A stretch of DNA of 64,000 nucleotides from Amoebophrya sp. A120 (taxonomy: Eukaryota; Protista; Dinoflagellata), in contig CAJINV010000002.1 of assembly GCA_905178155.1 (NCBI GenBank), positions 11,596,591 to 11,660,590 of the forward strand, read 5' to 3'. Shown one piece after another: positions 24,899 through 37,300 of this stretch. The first letter of the stretch is position 1. Each line of letters starts with the position of its first letter. Under the pieces are notes generated by a model that ran no database searches, had not been told where the DNA came from, and saw only the letters and a program-made list of their open reading frames with translations. A program made the translations under genes and the position numbers.

Positions 24899-26778
24899 TC
24901 ACCTGTAGCTCAATTTTTTACCTGCACCTTCTTCATCGCATTCCGCTAGAAGCGAAAAGTTTTTACGGTGCCCCCATTACCACGGTCCACACGTTGGGAA
25001 TGCCCTGGCGCCGTAATGGATAATCACCTGCGGTGGATGGAGAATTGAGCATCACCCTTGTAGTTGTTTCATCGGTGGCACGGACGCCAAGCCAGGACAT
25101 CCACATTTACATGTACATGATACACGACTTCTAGTTCTACTCGTTGCATCAAGAAAACAGTGAATCGAGACAAGTTTCAAGATACCAGTAATCATGCCCT
25201 TCTGCTCCGAGCACAAGTTTTGCGTCTTGTTGGTCGACACGTAGTTGTGGCAGTGGACTTCAAATTCTGGTCCGAAGATATTCTGGTAAACTATCTTGTC
25301 GGAGGCGAGGAACGAACCTGTTTTGGTTGTGATTTTGAGTGGTTCAATTGGAATTCGACTTCGACAGACATGGATTTCATCTCGTGACCATTTGCACACA
25401 ACACGAGAGAGTATCAGTATGTGCTAGCAAAAGCGAAGTCTCCAAATAAAAATATACCCGTGTGCACATGGCGAATGCACAAGGGTGCATCGCAAGCGAC
25501 AGCCTGTCCCTCCATCTCGAAGCGTTGCTGTTGTATTGTTTGGTCGTGATGCCCTACGCTCGTAATTGATCCCGAGTAGGGTAGGCTTGGCAGATATGCC
25601 ACAGACTATCTCAGCGCCACCTTCTCCTTGCCTTCCACAAATCCATTAAAAACCAAATCAAAATTTTTAGACTCGGTACCTTCACATCTGGCCAGCACAT
25701 TTGGAAGAGGCACTTGCCTCCCTGGCTTGGGAACATGACTACTTCCTGTTTTCGTGAAAACTTGGAGGCCGCGAGTGGCGTGATCGCCTCTGACTGGAGA
25801 AAGCTGTGCAATTTTTCATACCGAGAGCATCATTTTTGTGCACCTCGGTTCAATCGCAAACACGCGGCAGCAGAGTTGCACGAGAAAAGGTAAAGGAAAA
25901 GATACTACTTCACGAAATAATAACCCATGACGAGGTATGCGTATTCATTAATTGTGCAAATAGGAGAAGTACTGTGGGACGGTGATCGCGCCGAAGGATT
26001 CTAATCGGAGGCAGAAATCTTGCCCGTAGTGCAACACATCCGAGTCACCGAAGCCGTCGTTTTGTCTTGCGCGGGTGATGATAAAAGTGTTTCGGTTGCA
26101 TGGCGCAGCGTTCATTGATGTGGTGACAGGCCGGCAAACTTCCTCCTTTGGCACAGTCTCAAATGGGTTCACCGAGAGGAAAGCTGTTTTGTTTATGAGA
26201 TATTCTCGTTGATACACATACAGGTCTATTTCTTGCCATGCATCGCATCCATTTAGATTCCCCACCTGAAGTGGATGTAGACGCATCGAAGCGACTCACT
26301 TATTTTCGAGAAAGTGGAAGCACCTTCTGACTTGTGGTTGACGAGCATTACGGTGGAGCCAAATTTGATAATCTTGTCCTCAGGTGCTGGCGTCAAAGTC
26401 ACGGGCCCGAGTGCCGCTTCTAACCTGCAGGGGTAGTTTCGTGATTTTTGCCATAGACGCCGATATTGAGTTTCGGCTCCGTGATTTTTTCAAGCGCAAT
26501 TACCAAACAGCACGACCACCGTCGGCATTTACAATTTGCATCGATTGCACTTGCAACAGCAACACGCATCCAAGTCCAACATACCCGATGCATGAGAACC
26601 AACAAGCAGCATTTTACTTCTTTTGCTTTGCGTTGACCAAGAGGTCGCCCTCCTCCTTCTTCATGAGGTAATCCTTCAATTTGAGCTGGTCCAAGTCCGT
26701 ATCCTCTGACCAGTTTCCGAGGCGGGTCCGGTTCGAAAACCGGCTCCCGCCGACGAGCTGCTGCGGTGTGAACTGCAT
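24899..26778 (-). CDS. CFAP161: Cilia- and flagella-associated protein 161-like; multi-exon, 3' end approximate
   Basis: Exon 1 MQFTPQQLVGGSRFSNRTRLGNWSEDTDLDQLKLKDYL. Later exons IKFGSTVML, APCNRNTFII...DVLHYGQDFCL, QRFEMEGQAV...IRHVHTG and FGPEFEVHCH. The junctions checked are GT-AG. Confidence 0.8.
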
Positions 26779-27245
26779 TTTTCTCTCTGGCTGACAACTT
26801 CAACGAAGCTCCCAGCACGAAACCTCTTGTCCGCTATCGAAAAAAGTTTTGTTGATGATAGATTTTTTTCGAATGCGAATGAGCAAAACTATAACTACTA
26901 CTTTCACACGATAATTACGATCTTTCGGCTAAGTGCGAACATTCCAAGTCTTCCTCGGTGGTTCATTCCCACAAGAACTCGCCAGCTGCAACTGCTGCCC
27001 TTCGACTCATCGAGCGATCTCTCCCAACGGTTACATACTCACGTAGCAGCGAACTTTGACCTCTCATAATCTTATGACTATCTCGTAAGTCTCGAGAAAA
27101 AATATAAAAGCTACCCGCCAACGGCCCCGGGAAGGGTACTAGCAAGAAAGTTTGATGCTGACTGCATCCAATCATGGCGTTATCATGTTGAACTTGAATA
27201 AACATGTAGATGCGAAGTAAAGCTGGATGGAAAGAACCACACTCC

Positions 27246-30200
27246 TCAGCTGTCGAAAATTCGAATGCAGGCGATCGCCGGCTCGCGACACACGGGGCAC
27301 GACCAGGTCGCGCGCGGCTGGTTGGTCAGCAGCTCGCGCCCGCAGCGGGCGCAGACCACTTTGTGGCCGCACGGAATGAACGCGTGCGTCCGTCGTCGCT
27401 CCAGGCACGCACAGCAGAGTTCTCTTTCGTCCAGGCCCGCGACGTTTTCCCCTTCATCCTCGTCTTCCTCATCTGCGCGTGACACGTTCGGAATCGGGTT
27501 AGCAAACAGCGCCGACTGGGAGGTGGTGGACCCGAGAAAAGTGGAGGGGTTAATTCCCCCCTGCACTAAAGTTCCGCCGTGCCCGTCGTCCGCGGGTAGT
27601 GGTCGCGAGCTCATTATGCGGATTCGCCGCGAGTTCCGCGGCAACAGCATCTCCGGAAATTCGAACTGCCCCATGGAAAAGTTTCCCTGCGAGCGGTTCA
27701 CCGCGAGCGGCAAGTGCGGCGTCGGGCCGCGCCCCGAATCCACGGACGAATTCGGAGATCGGATGGGCGGGCCCGTGTTGGTGGTCGAGTGATGTTGTGT
27801 GTTTAACGACGATGCCGACCAGATGATGTGCTCATCGAGCGAATGGACCACGGGCTGTTGCTCCTCGTCCTCTTGTTCCTGCAGGCGTTCCTGCGCGACT
27901 CCTATCAGAGTATGCTGCGGAAAAGGTAGTTGATCAGAAGCTGTTGCAGCCTCTCCAGCTGAGACCGTCCTTCCGACGGATGCTAGCGACTCATAGGATG
28001 GATCGCCAGCCAGTCTCGGGGCGGGCGGCGAGGCTACCGGGGACGCCTTTGGCCGCGGAATGCGCACGGAACCGGCGAGAGACAAGGAGGTGAAACTTTG
28101 TTCACGACTAGGGAGTTCTTGCATTGGGACTTCCTCAGGAAACAAGTGGTTGACTGGCTGCGAAGCCACCGGCGGTCGGACCGGCGCACCAGCACCTGAC
28201 GCGGTTGGTATCGGGTCCATTTCGTCGGGAATCGTGCTGTGCTCTTCGTCGATGATGACCGTAGAACGCTCTCCCATCGAGCCCGAGGACTGCACGGGGA
28301 GAAGACCGACAGGTTCTCGAAGTTCCTGCTGCAAAAAGTGTGTCGTGCCTCGGTTTGGCGTTGGCGGAAAGTTGTTGGTTGTGCCTTGTACTACGTGAAG
28401 ACTCGTCCCTAGTCGTCCAGTCGAGAGGTTATTGAGCGGGCCTGCAGGTGTTGCAGCTGCTGCCGTCGCAGTTGCTGTGCTTGTTCCACCGAATGCAAAC
28501 AACCGTTGCATCATCGTGCCAAACACACCAGGCTGCAGCTGCTGATCGCGAGAGGAATCGGCCCCGCCTCCGAACCGCAAGCCAATCGACACTATCCTGA
28601 GTAAAAACGTACCCACCCCAGAGTTGTCATGCAGATTTGCCATGACAGGAACATTTGTGATGCGCAACCCCATGACAGGCCTTTTCAATTGCGTTTGGGA
28701 ACTTGTAATGCTGTAAACAGGATCAGCAAATCGATTTGTGATGCGGCTTTCCTTGCTAACTTGCACTACCTTACGGACTGAAACTTGTCATGCGTGACTC
28801 CCAAAACTCCTAGGTTTGTGTTGCAAAATCCCCATCTTGACTCTGGTGTGGGTACGTTTTTACTCAGGATAGACACCGTTGCAGATTCACCCGCGAGGTT
28901 GAAGGCCGAAACTGTGATCAAATAGTCCCCTGGCTCCGGCATCGCGGCCTGTACTGGAATGTCGCAGGAATCCAAAGCCGTGTTGCGGCACACCAGCACC
29001 GTTTCCCGAGAGAGACTCCCCAGATCGCTACTGGCCGCGGCGACGCGGACCAGCACGCCGTCGGCCGGTGGACTGCGTGCCAGGCGCACCTCGATGCTGA
29101 TGGCCCCCGCGGCCCGATTCTTCGCTTTCTTCACTGTCGTCGGCGGCTCCGGTTTCTGCAGGCCCAGCAGAACCGCACAGAAGACCTCACGTATCCGTTC
29201 TGCCTCGTCGCGCTCCTGCTGCTCGTAGTGCATTTTCACGGTTTCAACCATTTCAGATTCGGGCACGACGAAGTACCGGCTCAGACGCGTGTTCAGCGAT
29301 GTGTGCTCCCCACTGGTGAGCAGTGTTTCCTCTTCATCGAGCATCATGGGAATCACCCGACTACTTCGGACCTCTCGTGCGGCGGGCGCAGCGCTACCGG
29401 CGGTGTTTTCCCCGCCTCGCGGCCGGGTACCATTGCGTAGCACTCGTTGCTGGAGTGGATTTGAGGTACTGCTTCGTCGGCCGTCGAGCATCAATGACGC
29501 CTCACCATCTTCCGTTGCGGCATTCTGCGAGGGCGCCACGACGGCAGAGGCGAAATATTTGTCGAAGAACAGTAAACGCCAGAGCATGGGTTCGAGCAAG
29601 TGCAGCATCTGCCGCAAATACACATCCAGGTCAATCCTCCGTCGCTCCGCAACCTCATCCTCTTCCCCAAAAATCGCGGCGACCACTTTCGAATGCTTCT
29701 CTGGAAACGAGGGCACCGCCGGGGGCGTGTGAGAGTCCACTGCTGTGCTCTTGCGATTCTGTGAGTTCGTCGAAGTATTACTAGACACGCCTCCTCCCGC
29801 CGCATCTCGGGGGACAAGGCTCAGCACTCCGGTGGTTTTTGCGACACAAGGTTCCAAAGTCACGGGAGCAGCTGCAGCGGATGCTTCGAGTCCGGCTCCT
29901 CCTCGCAGCATTTTGAACAGAAACCGTCCGTCTGCTGGGCCATTTTGATTCACCGCGGCGGCGGAAGTAGACGCGGACCCCCTCGGCGGAGGCGGCCTGG
30001 TACTCGAGGAGCTCCCACCTTCCTGAAAATTGGGCGAAACTACCCCAGAAGCCGTCGTTGGCGCAAGCAAGCTGCTCAACAGCCCCCCGGGTCCCGCAAA
30101 GTGGTCCGCCCCGGGCGAACTGGTGGAGCTCCGCACCTGCAACCCGGTCGTCGGAATGCCCTCTTCGCCGTGCACCGCCCGCGTCGCGCGGTTTTGAAAC

Positions 30201-30478
30201 ACGCTGTACTCTTGCTGCAGGTAATCGTTGTAGGGAAGCAACAGCCGGCAAATCTCGTCGTGGGCCTCCTTGAGCACCGAGTACCGGCGCCAAATGCCAT
30301 ACTCGCTGGTGGACCGGTGTTGGAAGGTGAAGTGATACTCGACAAAGTCCTCAACGAAACGCGTATCGTCCACGCTTGCGGCCAGTGAATACCCGAACTC
30401 CGTAACCACGGGCTGTCTCGCCTGGGTGTCACCGCCGGAACCACTGCTGCCGGAAGTATACTGTTGGAGATGGTCCAT
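27246..30478 (-). CDS. PX-like, FN3-like and C-terminal RING-HC protein; one gene split by the element at 28593-28871
   Basis: PX motifs IWRRYS, FPEK and ERRRIDLDVYL; FN3-like PGDYLITVSAFNLAGES; RING CCAC...FIPCGHKVVCARC...CPVCR. The two ORFs fuse as ...ESATVS-IGLRFGG after element removal. Confidence 0.8.
28593..28871. mobile_element. Family B TIR introner-like element, 279 bp, inverted relative to other B copies; TSD GACAC
   Basis: TIR TATCCTGAGTAAAAACGTACCCAC. GACAC at 28588-28592 and 28872-28876. Confidence 0.93.
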
Positions 30479-31354
30479 GATGCATGCATTGTGTCACACC
30501 ACATGAGAATTCGAGCTCCTTTGTTTCGGACTGCTTCTGCGTCTGCACGTATAGTTTCTGAAAACACTCTCGATCTCTTGTCACCCCGACGAGTCTGTGC
30601 TGTGCCGCATGATATGGCCCGGCGCAGCACCACTCTTGCTTTCAATTTGTTATCTCTCTGTCTCTGCTCTCCCTCCACAGCCAAAAGATAAAAAAAGGAA
30701 AAGAACCTACATGCTCACGAGCACACAATTGAGGCTCTGTGAGGTGCTCGCCAATACATTCGATCGCGTGCTAAACGAGAGAGTTTCTCTTTTTCTGCTC
30801 ATGCTTTATTCTCAGATTAATACCGCAGTGTGCATACATTCAGAGAGTTCATTCACAAGGTTCCAGCAAAACGCTAGAGTAATCGACTTCCCGGGTCGCA
30901 AGGAAGCACACCCGCACGACCCGCCTCTACTCGCGCTGTATTAACAAACTTCTAATAACCAGGATACTAGCAGTTAGTATTTGAAATAAAGCAGAACGTG
31001 AGACGTTTAGACCCAGCAGGAGAAACAGTTAGTTGTCTCTCATCTACCAGTCATTCGTGCGCAGATAGCACTAAACGAAGATAAGTGTCAATTTCTGTTT
31101 CGGTAAATTATTCCATTTAGTTTTTTTAGCGTAAGAAGAACAAGTTTGTAAGTGGTTTCCATTCGAGTTCTAGTGTTTACTCAATTCGCGATGTTTCTAA
31201 AGTGTTTCATCTCGCACTCGCTTGTCAAAGCGAACACGTAGCTGAAGACGCATCTGTAAATGGTACAACTGCATTTGAGGAAGGCTATAATAAATAGCGA
31301 GGGAGTTCTTGCCTTGAAAGATTCATTCTGAATATTTGAAAACGAAAAACTTCA

Positions 31355-34300
31355 TCACTTCATGCCGGCCTGGGCGAGGCTTTTGGTGGCGCTAATGTTC
31401 GTTTTGATGAAGTTCTTCTTCTTCTCGTTCCTGTGTCCCAGCTGCGACGCCAGGTCGCGCGACAGCCGAGTCGAAACCCGCGGTTTATCCACCACCGGAG
31501 CGATGTACTTGGGATGCAATCCCTTCACCATGTAGCTCCACATAACGTCCTCGGTTTGAATGATCAACCGTCCCTGCACCTGCTTGCCGTACTCCGTGGG
31601 CCGGTAGCTCACAACAAACGTCGTGCCCTGCGGATTCCCGGCGGGTTCTAAGACCCCCTGCGTTGGACTCACAGTGAACTCGGCGGCCGCGTCACTATCG
31701 AAGAAGGCGTCGAATTCCGCATAGGAGGCAGTGTGATTACCTGTTTCAGTCGTTGTTATTTCAACAATACTCGACAAAGTCACAGGAACTCGCAAGACAT
31801 AATCAGAATCGAGATCCAATCGAAACCGAAAGCAAAAGCAGTGGAAGCAATACAGAGTTTGAACGCCACGCTCGCGGGCTTATTCAATGGTGACTCGATT
31901 TCGATGATGTCGTCTACTGCGGGTTCTAAAGAGGTCAGGTTTAGGTTGAACCGCCACCTGCCGCCGCCCTTGAGTTTTGAAAACAGAAGGAACGCGGAGG
32001 TGTTAAAGGGCCTCAGTGGGGCGAAGAGCACCCGCATGTTCACTAACGCGCCCTGTGAATCCTTGTCGGCGTTCGGCGCGCCGTAGCTACTGGTGGCGGA
32101 CTTGGTCAGACTAGCGGCCGACCGGTCGGTTTGACTTGACCTTGGCTTCCCGTTTTCCCCTTCCGCATTCTCGTCCGCGGGCTCCGCGATTTCAATCTGG
32201 AAACACCTGTTTACCAGAGGTTCGATTTGCTGGGACCCGACTTCGAGTTCGCAACGCAGCAGGTCCAAGGGGTTGTCGTCGGGGCCAAGCTCCAGACCAA
32301 TGAGATTGAAGCCGTAGATCTGGTCCACTGTCTCTCGCGCCTGGCATTTGAAGTTGTGGACTGTGCTGCTCACCGGGGCCTCGGCAATACCTGAAAGAGA
32401 AAAGTGATGTGAGGCGTTCTTTCATTCGATTGAAGCTGGAAGTGGAAAGAGCCCGTTTTTTCGTGCACCACAAACCGCAAGGAAAGAAAAACATAAAACA
32501 TGTTGCAGCCCTGGCGCGCAAGAAGCTGCAAGACGATTATCAAGACAGAGCGGAATTGATTTGCAAGTACCTCTAATCAGGTAGGTCCAGCTCATCATGT
32601 TCCCAGCGTCGAGTGAACCCGTTGCACTGCTCGCTGAAAGACTAGACATTTTTCCCCCTGCACCTCCTGGAAGAACGCTTACTATTACCTTCGCAGTCTG
32701 CTCGTCCATATTGCTCGGATTAAATTGGACCTGTAATTTTTTATACAGATTCTAAATTTCCGTCTCTTCGCTTCAAAAAAAAACGTCTCGGCTAAAATGT
32801 TCTACGCTGGCCGCACGCTGGTGCGGTTTTTACCGCCTTTTTTCCGCACTATGAGAACCTTTTGGTGACCCGCTACCCGGACGTGCTGGTGCTTCTTTCT
32901 AGGAAGCTCAAGCAGTCGAGAAGTATTTCGGTTCGTGGCGCATTTTTCGCCTGTTTGGGACGGCGCCTGTAGATCCGCTATCCTGACGATGTTCTCGTTT
33001 TCAGCAAAGCCAAACAGTCGCGTGGTGCGACTTTTCTCTGCACAGGCCCGACCCTATTTCGGTTTTTGGCGCATTTTTTCTGTGCTTTGGACGGCGCCTG
33101 TAGATCCGCTACCCCGACGGGGTGCTCGTTTTCCGCAAAGCCAAGCAGTTGCGTAGGTACAACTTTTCTCTGCACAGGCCCGACGCTATTTCGGTTTTTG
33201 GCGCATCTTTTCTGTGTTTTGGACCGCGCCTGTAGATCCGCTACCCCGATGGGTTGCTCGTTTTCAGCAAAGCCAAGCAGTCGCGTGGGTACAACTTTTT
33301 TCTGCACAGGCCCGACGCTATTTCGGTTTTTGGCGCATTTTTTCTGCGTTTTGGACCGCGCCTGTAGATCCGCTACCCCGATGGGTTGCTCGTTTTCAGT
33401 AAAGCCAAACAGTCGCGTGGGTGCGACTTTTCTCTGCACAGGCCCGACGCTATTTCGGTTTTTGGCGCATTTTTTCTGTGCTTTGCACGGCGCCTGTAGA
33501 TCCGCTACCCCGATGGGGTGCTCGTTTTCCTCAAAGCCAAGCAATCGCGTAGGTACAACTTTTCTCTGCACAGGGAGGCCCCACGCTATTTCGGTTTTTG
33601 GCGCATTTTTTCGGTGTTTTGGACGGCGCCTGTAGATCCGCTACCCCGATTGGTTGCTCGTTTTCAGCAAAGCCAAACAGTCGCGTGGGCACGACTTTTC
33701 TCGGCACAGGCCCGACGCTCTTTCGGTTTTTGGCGCATTTTTCCTGTGTTTTGGACGGCGCCTGTAGATCCGCTACCCCGATGGGTTGCTCGTTTTCAGC
33801 AACGCCAAGCAGTCGCGCGGGTGCAACTTTTCTCTGCACAAGCACGACGCTATTTCGGTTTTTGGCGCACTCATTCTGCGTTTTGGACGGCGCCTGTAGA
33901 TCCGCTACCCCGATCGGGTGCTCGTTTTCAGCAAAGCCAAACAGTCGCGTGGGTACAACTGTTCTCTGCACAGGCCCGACGCTATTTCGGTTTTTGGCGC
34001 ATTTTTTTTTGTGTTTTGGACGGCGCCGGGAGATCCGCTCCCCCGATCGGGTGCTCGTTTTCAGCAAAGCCAAACAGTCGCGTGGGTACAGCTGTTCTCT
34101 GCACAGGCCCGACGCTATTTCGGTTTTTGGCGCATTTTTTCTGTGTTTTGGACGGCGCCTGTAGATCCGCTACCCCGATGGGTTGCTCGTTTTCAGGAAA
34201 GCCAAACAATCGCGTGGGTACAACTGTTTTCTGCACAGGCCCGACGCTATTTCGGTTTTTGGCGCGTTTTTTCTGTGTTTTGGACGGCGCCTGTAGATCC

Positions 34301-37300
34301 GCTACCCCGATGGGGTGCTCGTTTTCAGCAAAGCCAAACAGTCGCGTATGTGCAACTTTTCTTTGCACAGACCCCACGCTATTTCGGTTTTTGGCGCATT
34401 TTTTCTGCGTTTTGGACGGCGCCTGTAGATCCGCTACCCCGATGGATTGCTCGTTTTCAGCAAAGCCAAGCAGTCGCGTGGGTACGACTTTTCTCTGCAC
34501 AGGCCCGACGCTATTTCGGTTCTTGGCGCATTTTTTCTGCGTTTTGGACGGTGCCTGTAGATCCGCTACCCCGCTGGGGTGCTCGTTTTCAGAAAAGCCA
34601 AGCAGTCTCGTAGGTACAACTTTTCTCTGCACAAGCCCCACGCTATTTCGGTTTTTAGCGCATTTTTTCGGTGTTTTGGGCGTTGCAAACCCGCTATGTC
34701 GATGAGGCGCCTGTTGCCTCTGACAGCTCCTAGCAGTTCAGTTTTTGTATCTCCTTCCGCGCACAGCGCCAGCCGCAGTAAAATTTGGGTGTTTGTGCTC
34801 TTTTTCATTTTTGCGTATTGAGTGTTTCGGAAAGCACCTCCACAAAAGAAAAAATCTACCGGTATCTGACAGCTTCCGAGCGGTGCGACGGGTAGTCGTG
34901 CCTTCTTATTCAGCAAGCTGAACACGTTTTTCGGCGCTTGCGTCTCGAGCACCACCAGGGCCTGGACCGCCTCCAAAAAGGGATTTTTGAAGGTTATGGT
35001 TGTGGTTGCGGGTCTCTGCACCTGCGACACGCTGATCACCTCCTTCGCGTCCCTTGGCGCGTGCCCCTTGCCCTGCATGACGTACACCCAGCTGCCGACC
35101 GCCGGGTTTTCAAGCGTGATAGTTGCCTCCTCGACAATCTCAATGCTGGACGGAAAGTACCGGATCTCCACGGGGGTCTGTCCAAAGGGTTGCAGAAACA
35201 CCGCGCTCTGCATCACTTTGAAATTGATCTTGTTCGTACTCTTCGCCCGCAGCGTGACCTCTTGCCCTGTCGGGTTCTCGATGATCACCTCCGTACTCGC
35301 GTGCTGTCCGAGTTCGCACTCAAACATGGGGAGCTGCATCGGGGGCGCCTGCTCCGCGATTAGTTCCAGGTCGTACCAGAACTCCCCCACTCGCTCGGAC
35401 ACAAAAATGGCTTGCCCCTTTTTCTTCGCCGGCAGGAAGGGCGAGAAGACCAGCTCGTAGGTGGCGGTCTCCTTCGGGGCGAGGACAAACTCCGGCTCGC
35501 CCAACAGCCCGTCGCCGACCAAAGTGACGTCAAAGACAATGACATCGTCTAACGGGTTCACCAGCTGAATGTCCACTGCGATCGCCTGTCGCACGACACA
35601 GCTCAGGGAGAGGGACTGCTGTGCCTTCGACGGCGAAGTTTGTACCTCCACCGTAAACCAGCTGAACTGCCCACTGTTGCTGTCACGAAACATGATGCAC
35701 CCGGTCACGTTGCCGGCCTGGAGCGGCAGAAAACTCAAGTTGTAGCCCACCGTTTCGCCGGGAGCCTGTACATATTTTTGTTTGTAAAAGTTTTGTAACT
35801 TTGAACGTTGACGCATGTCAACCACAAAAAGCAGTTCACTCTTCCACCACACAGAGCGTTATCAACCTCCTTCGCTTAAGTCTTTCGCATAGAAGAAACA
35901 TATTCAAAACCAGCAGTATAGCTATACTGCTCGAACGTGACTGGGTCCGCTGATATGCAGGATGTCGGACTCGACTTCGAAGGTCGTTTCCCTGTTGCTG
36001 TGGTTACGAACCATGAATTCGTGGTCCGTGCGCTCCCTCGCTTGACACATGATGATCACGTGGTCCTCTGCCAGAGGCTCGTCCGCCGTACCGGTGAGCT
36101 CGTATTCGTACGTTTCGTTTGCCCCCTCATTGACCAAAGCCAGATGGCACACCTGCTCGCACACCCACGACGGTTTGAACTTCAACTCATAGTACGTCGT
36201 GGTTGCAGTGCCGCTCGCGCCCCGCTTGGACGCGGTAATCGCATTGGGGCCGGAGAAGAATCGTTCGCCGGTCTCCGCTGATTTTCAGTACGATTGGCGT
36301 TGAGTTAGGCTTCAGTAGGTGATGGATTTAGCACTAGTTAGCTAGCAAATCTTGTACGTGAGATTCTATTTCTAAGTCAATCTGCATCTGGGTGAGTGAC
36401 ATACATTTCTTTGGCACACTTCTTTTCAAAAAAACTAGCAGAAGAAAAGCACTGCTATACTTGGCGGATAGGTGAAGATCGCCTTCAGCGGCCAGTCGTT
36501 TGGTGTTGGATTTACGATTGGTATTTCTTGTATCACCTCCTGGCGTGCGTGGCTGTGGAAGGTCATTGCGCACTTCGTGTTTGGCGCTGTCCCGGTACCT
36601 GTGAAAAGTTCGCTTTTGTTTTTTTCTGGTACTGGAATTGCTTCGGTGCGTCCGTCGTGTCCGCGAACGGCGAGTGAAAGAAAATGCACAACATCTACTT
36701 CGCACAGGCACAAGAGCGATGAAATAAACCTAAATCCTAAACGCAGCAACCTCACATACTAAACCCTTATTTCTCACCTTCAATCTGGTATATCCTTGTG
36801 TCCAGATTGCTGTGCAGAGTGATACTACACGGGTACACACCCGGCTCCTTCGGGCGGAACTCGAGCTGCAATTTCCCTGATGCCGCCATTTCCGCTTCGT
36901 TGGCTGGCTTTGCGTAGGTGGTAAGGTCTTTCGACGCAAATTTGTAGTAGGGTGAGGACAGTTGTATGTCGTACACCGCTTTGTCGGGCAAGGGTTTTAG
37001 CACCTGCAAAACCGCCGCCTGCGTTTTCCCCTCTCGGACTAGTTTCGCCTCCAGCCACTGGCGCGCCTTGTCCATCTGCGGATTGCGGAAGGGGATCACA
37101 ATGTCTTTCAAACCCACTTCCTCGACCTTCATGGCGACCTTGAACTGTTCCAACGGTGCCGGCGTGGAGGAACTCCCCTGCAACTCGATGTAGAACTCGC
37201 CTGCCTTGCTGTCGTAGAACTGCAATTGGGTGACAAAGTGCCCCACTTCGAAGGGCAGGAAGGAGACGGAAATCTTCGCGGACCCGTTGCCTTTTATCTT

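Noticed and set aside
32978-34705. Repeat-protein ORFs, or a CRISPR-like array, in the 132-bp repeat
   Set aside because: Units are contiguous with no unique spacers, the frames are broken by indels, and the region lies in a GT-AG intron whose flanking exons join cleanly.
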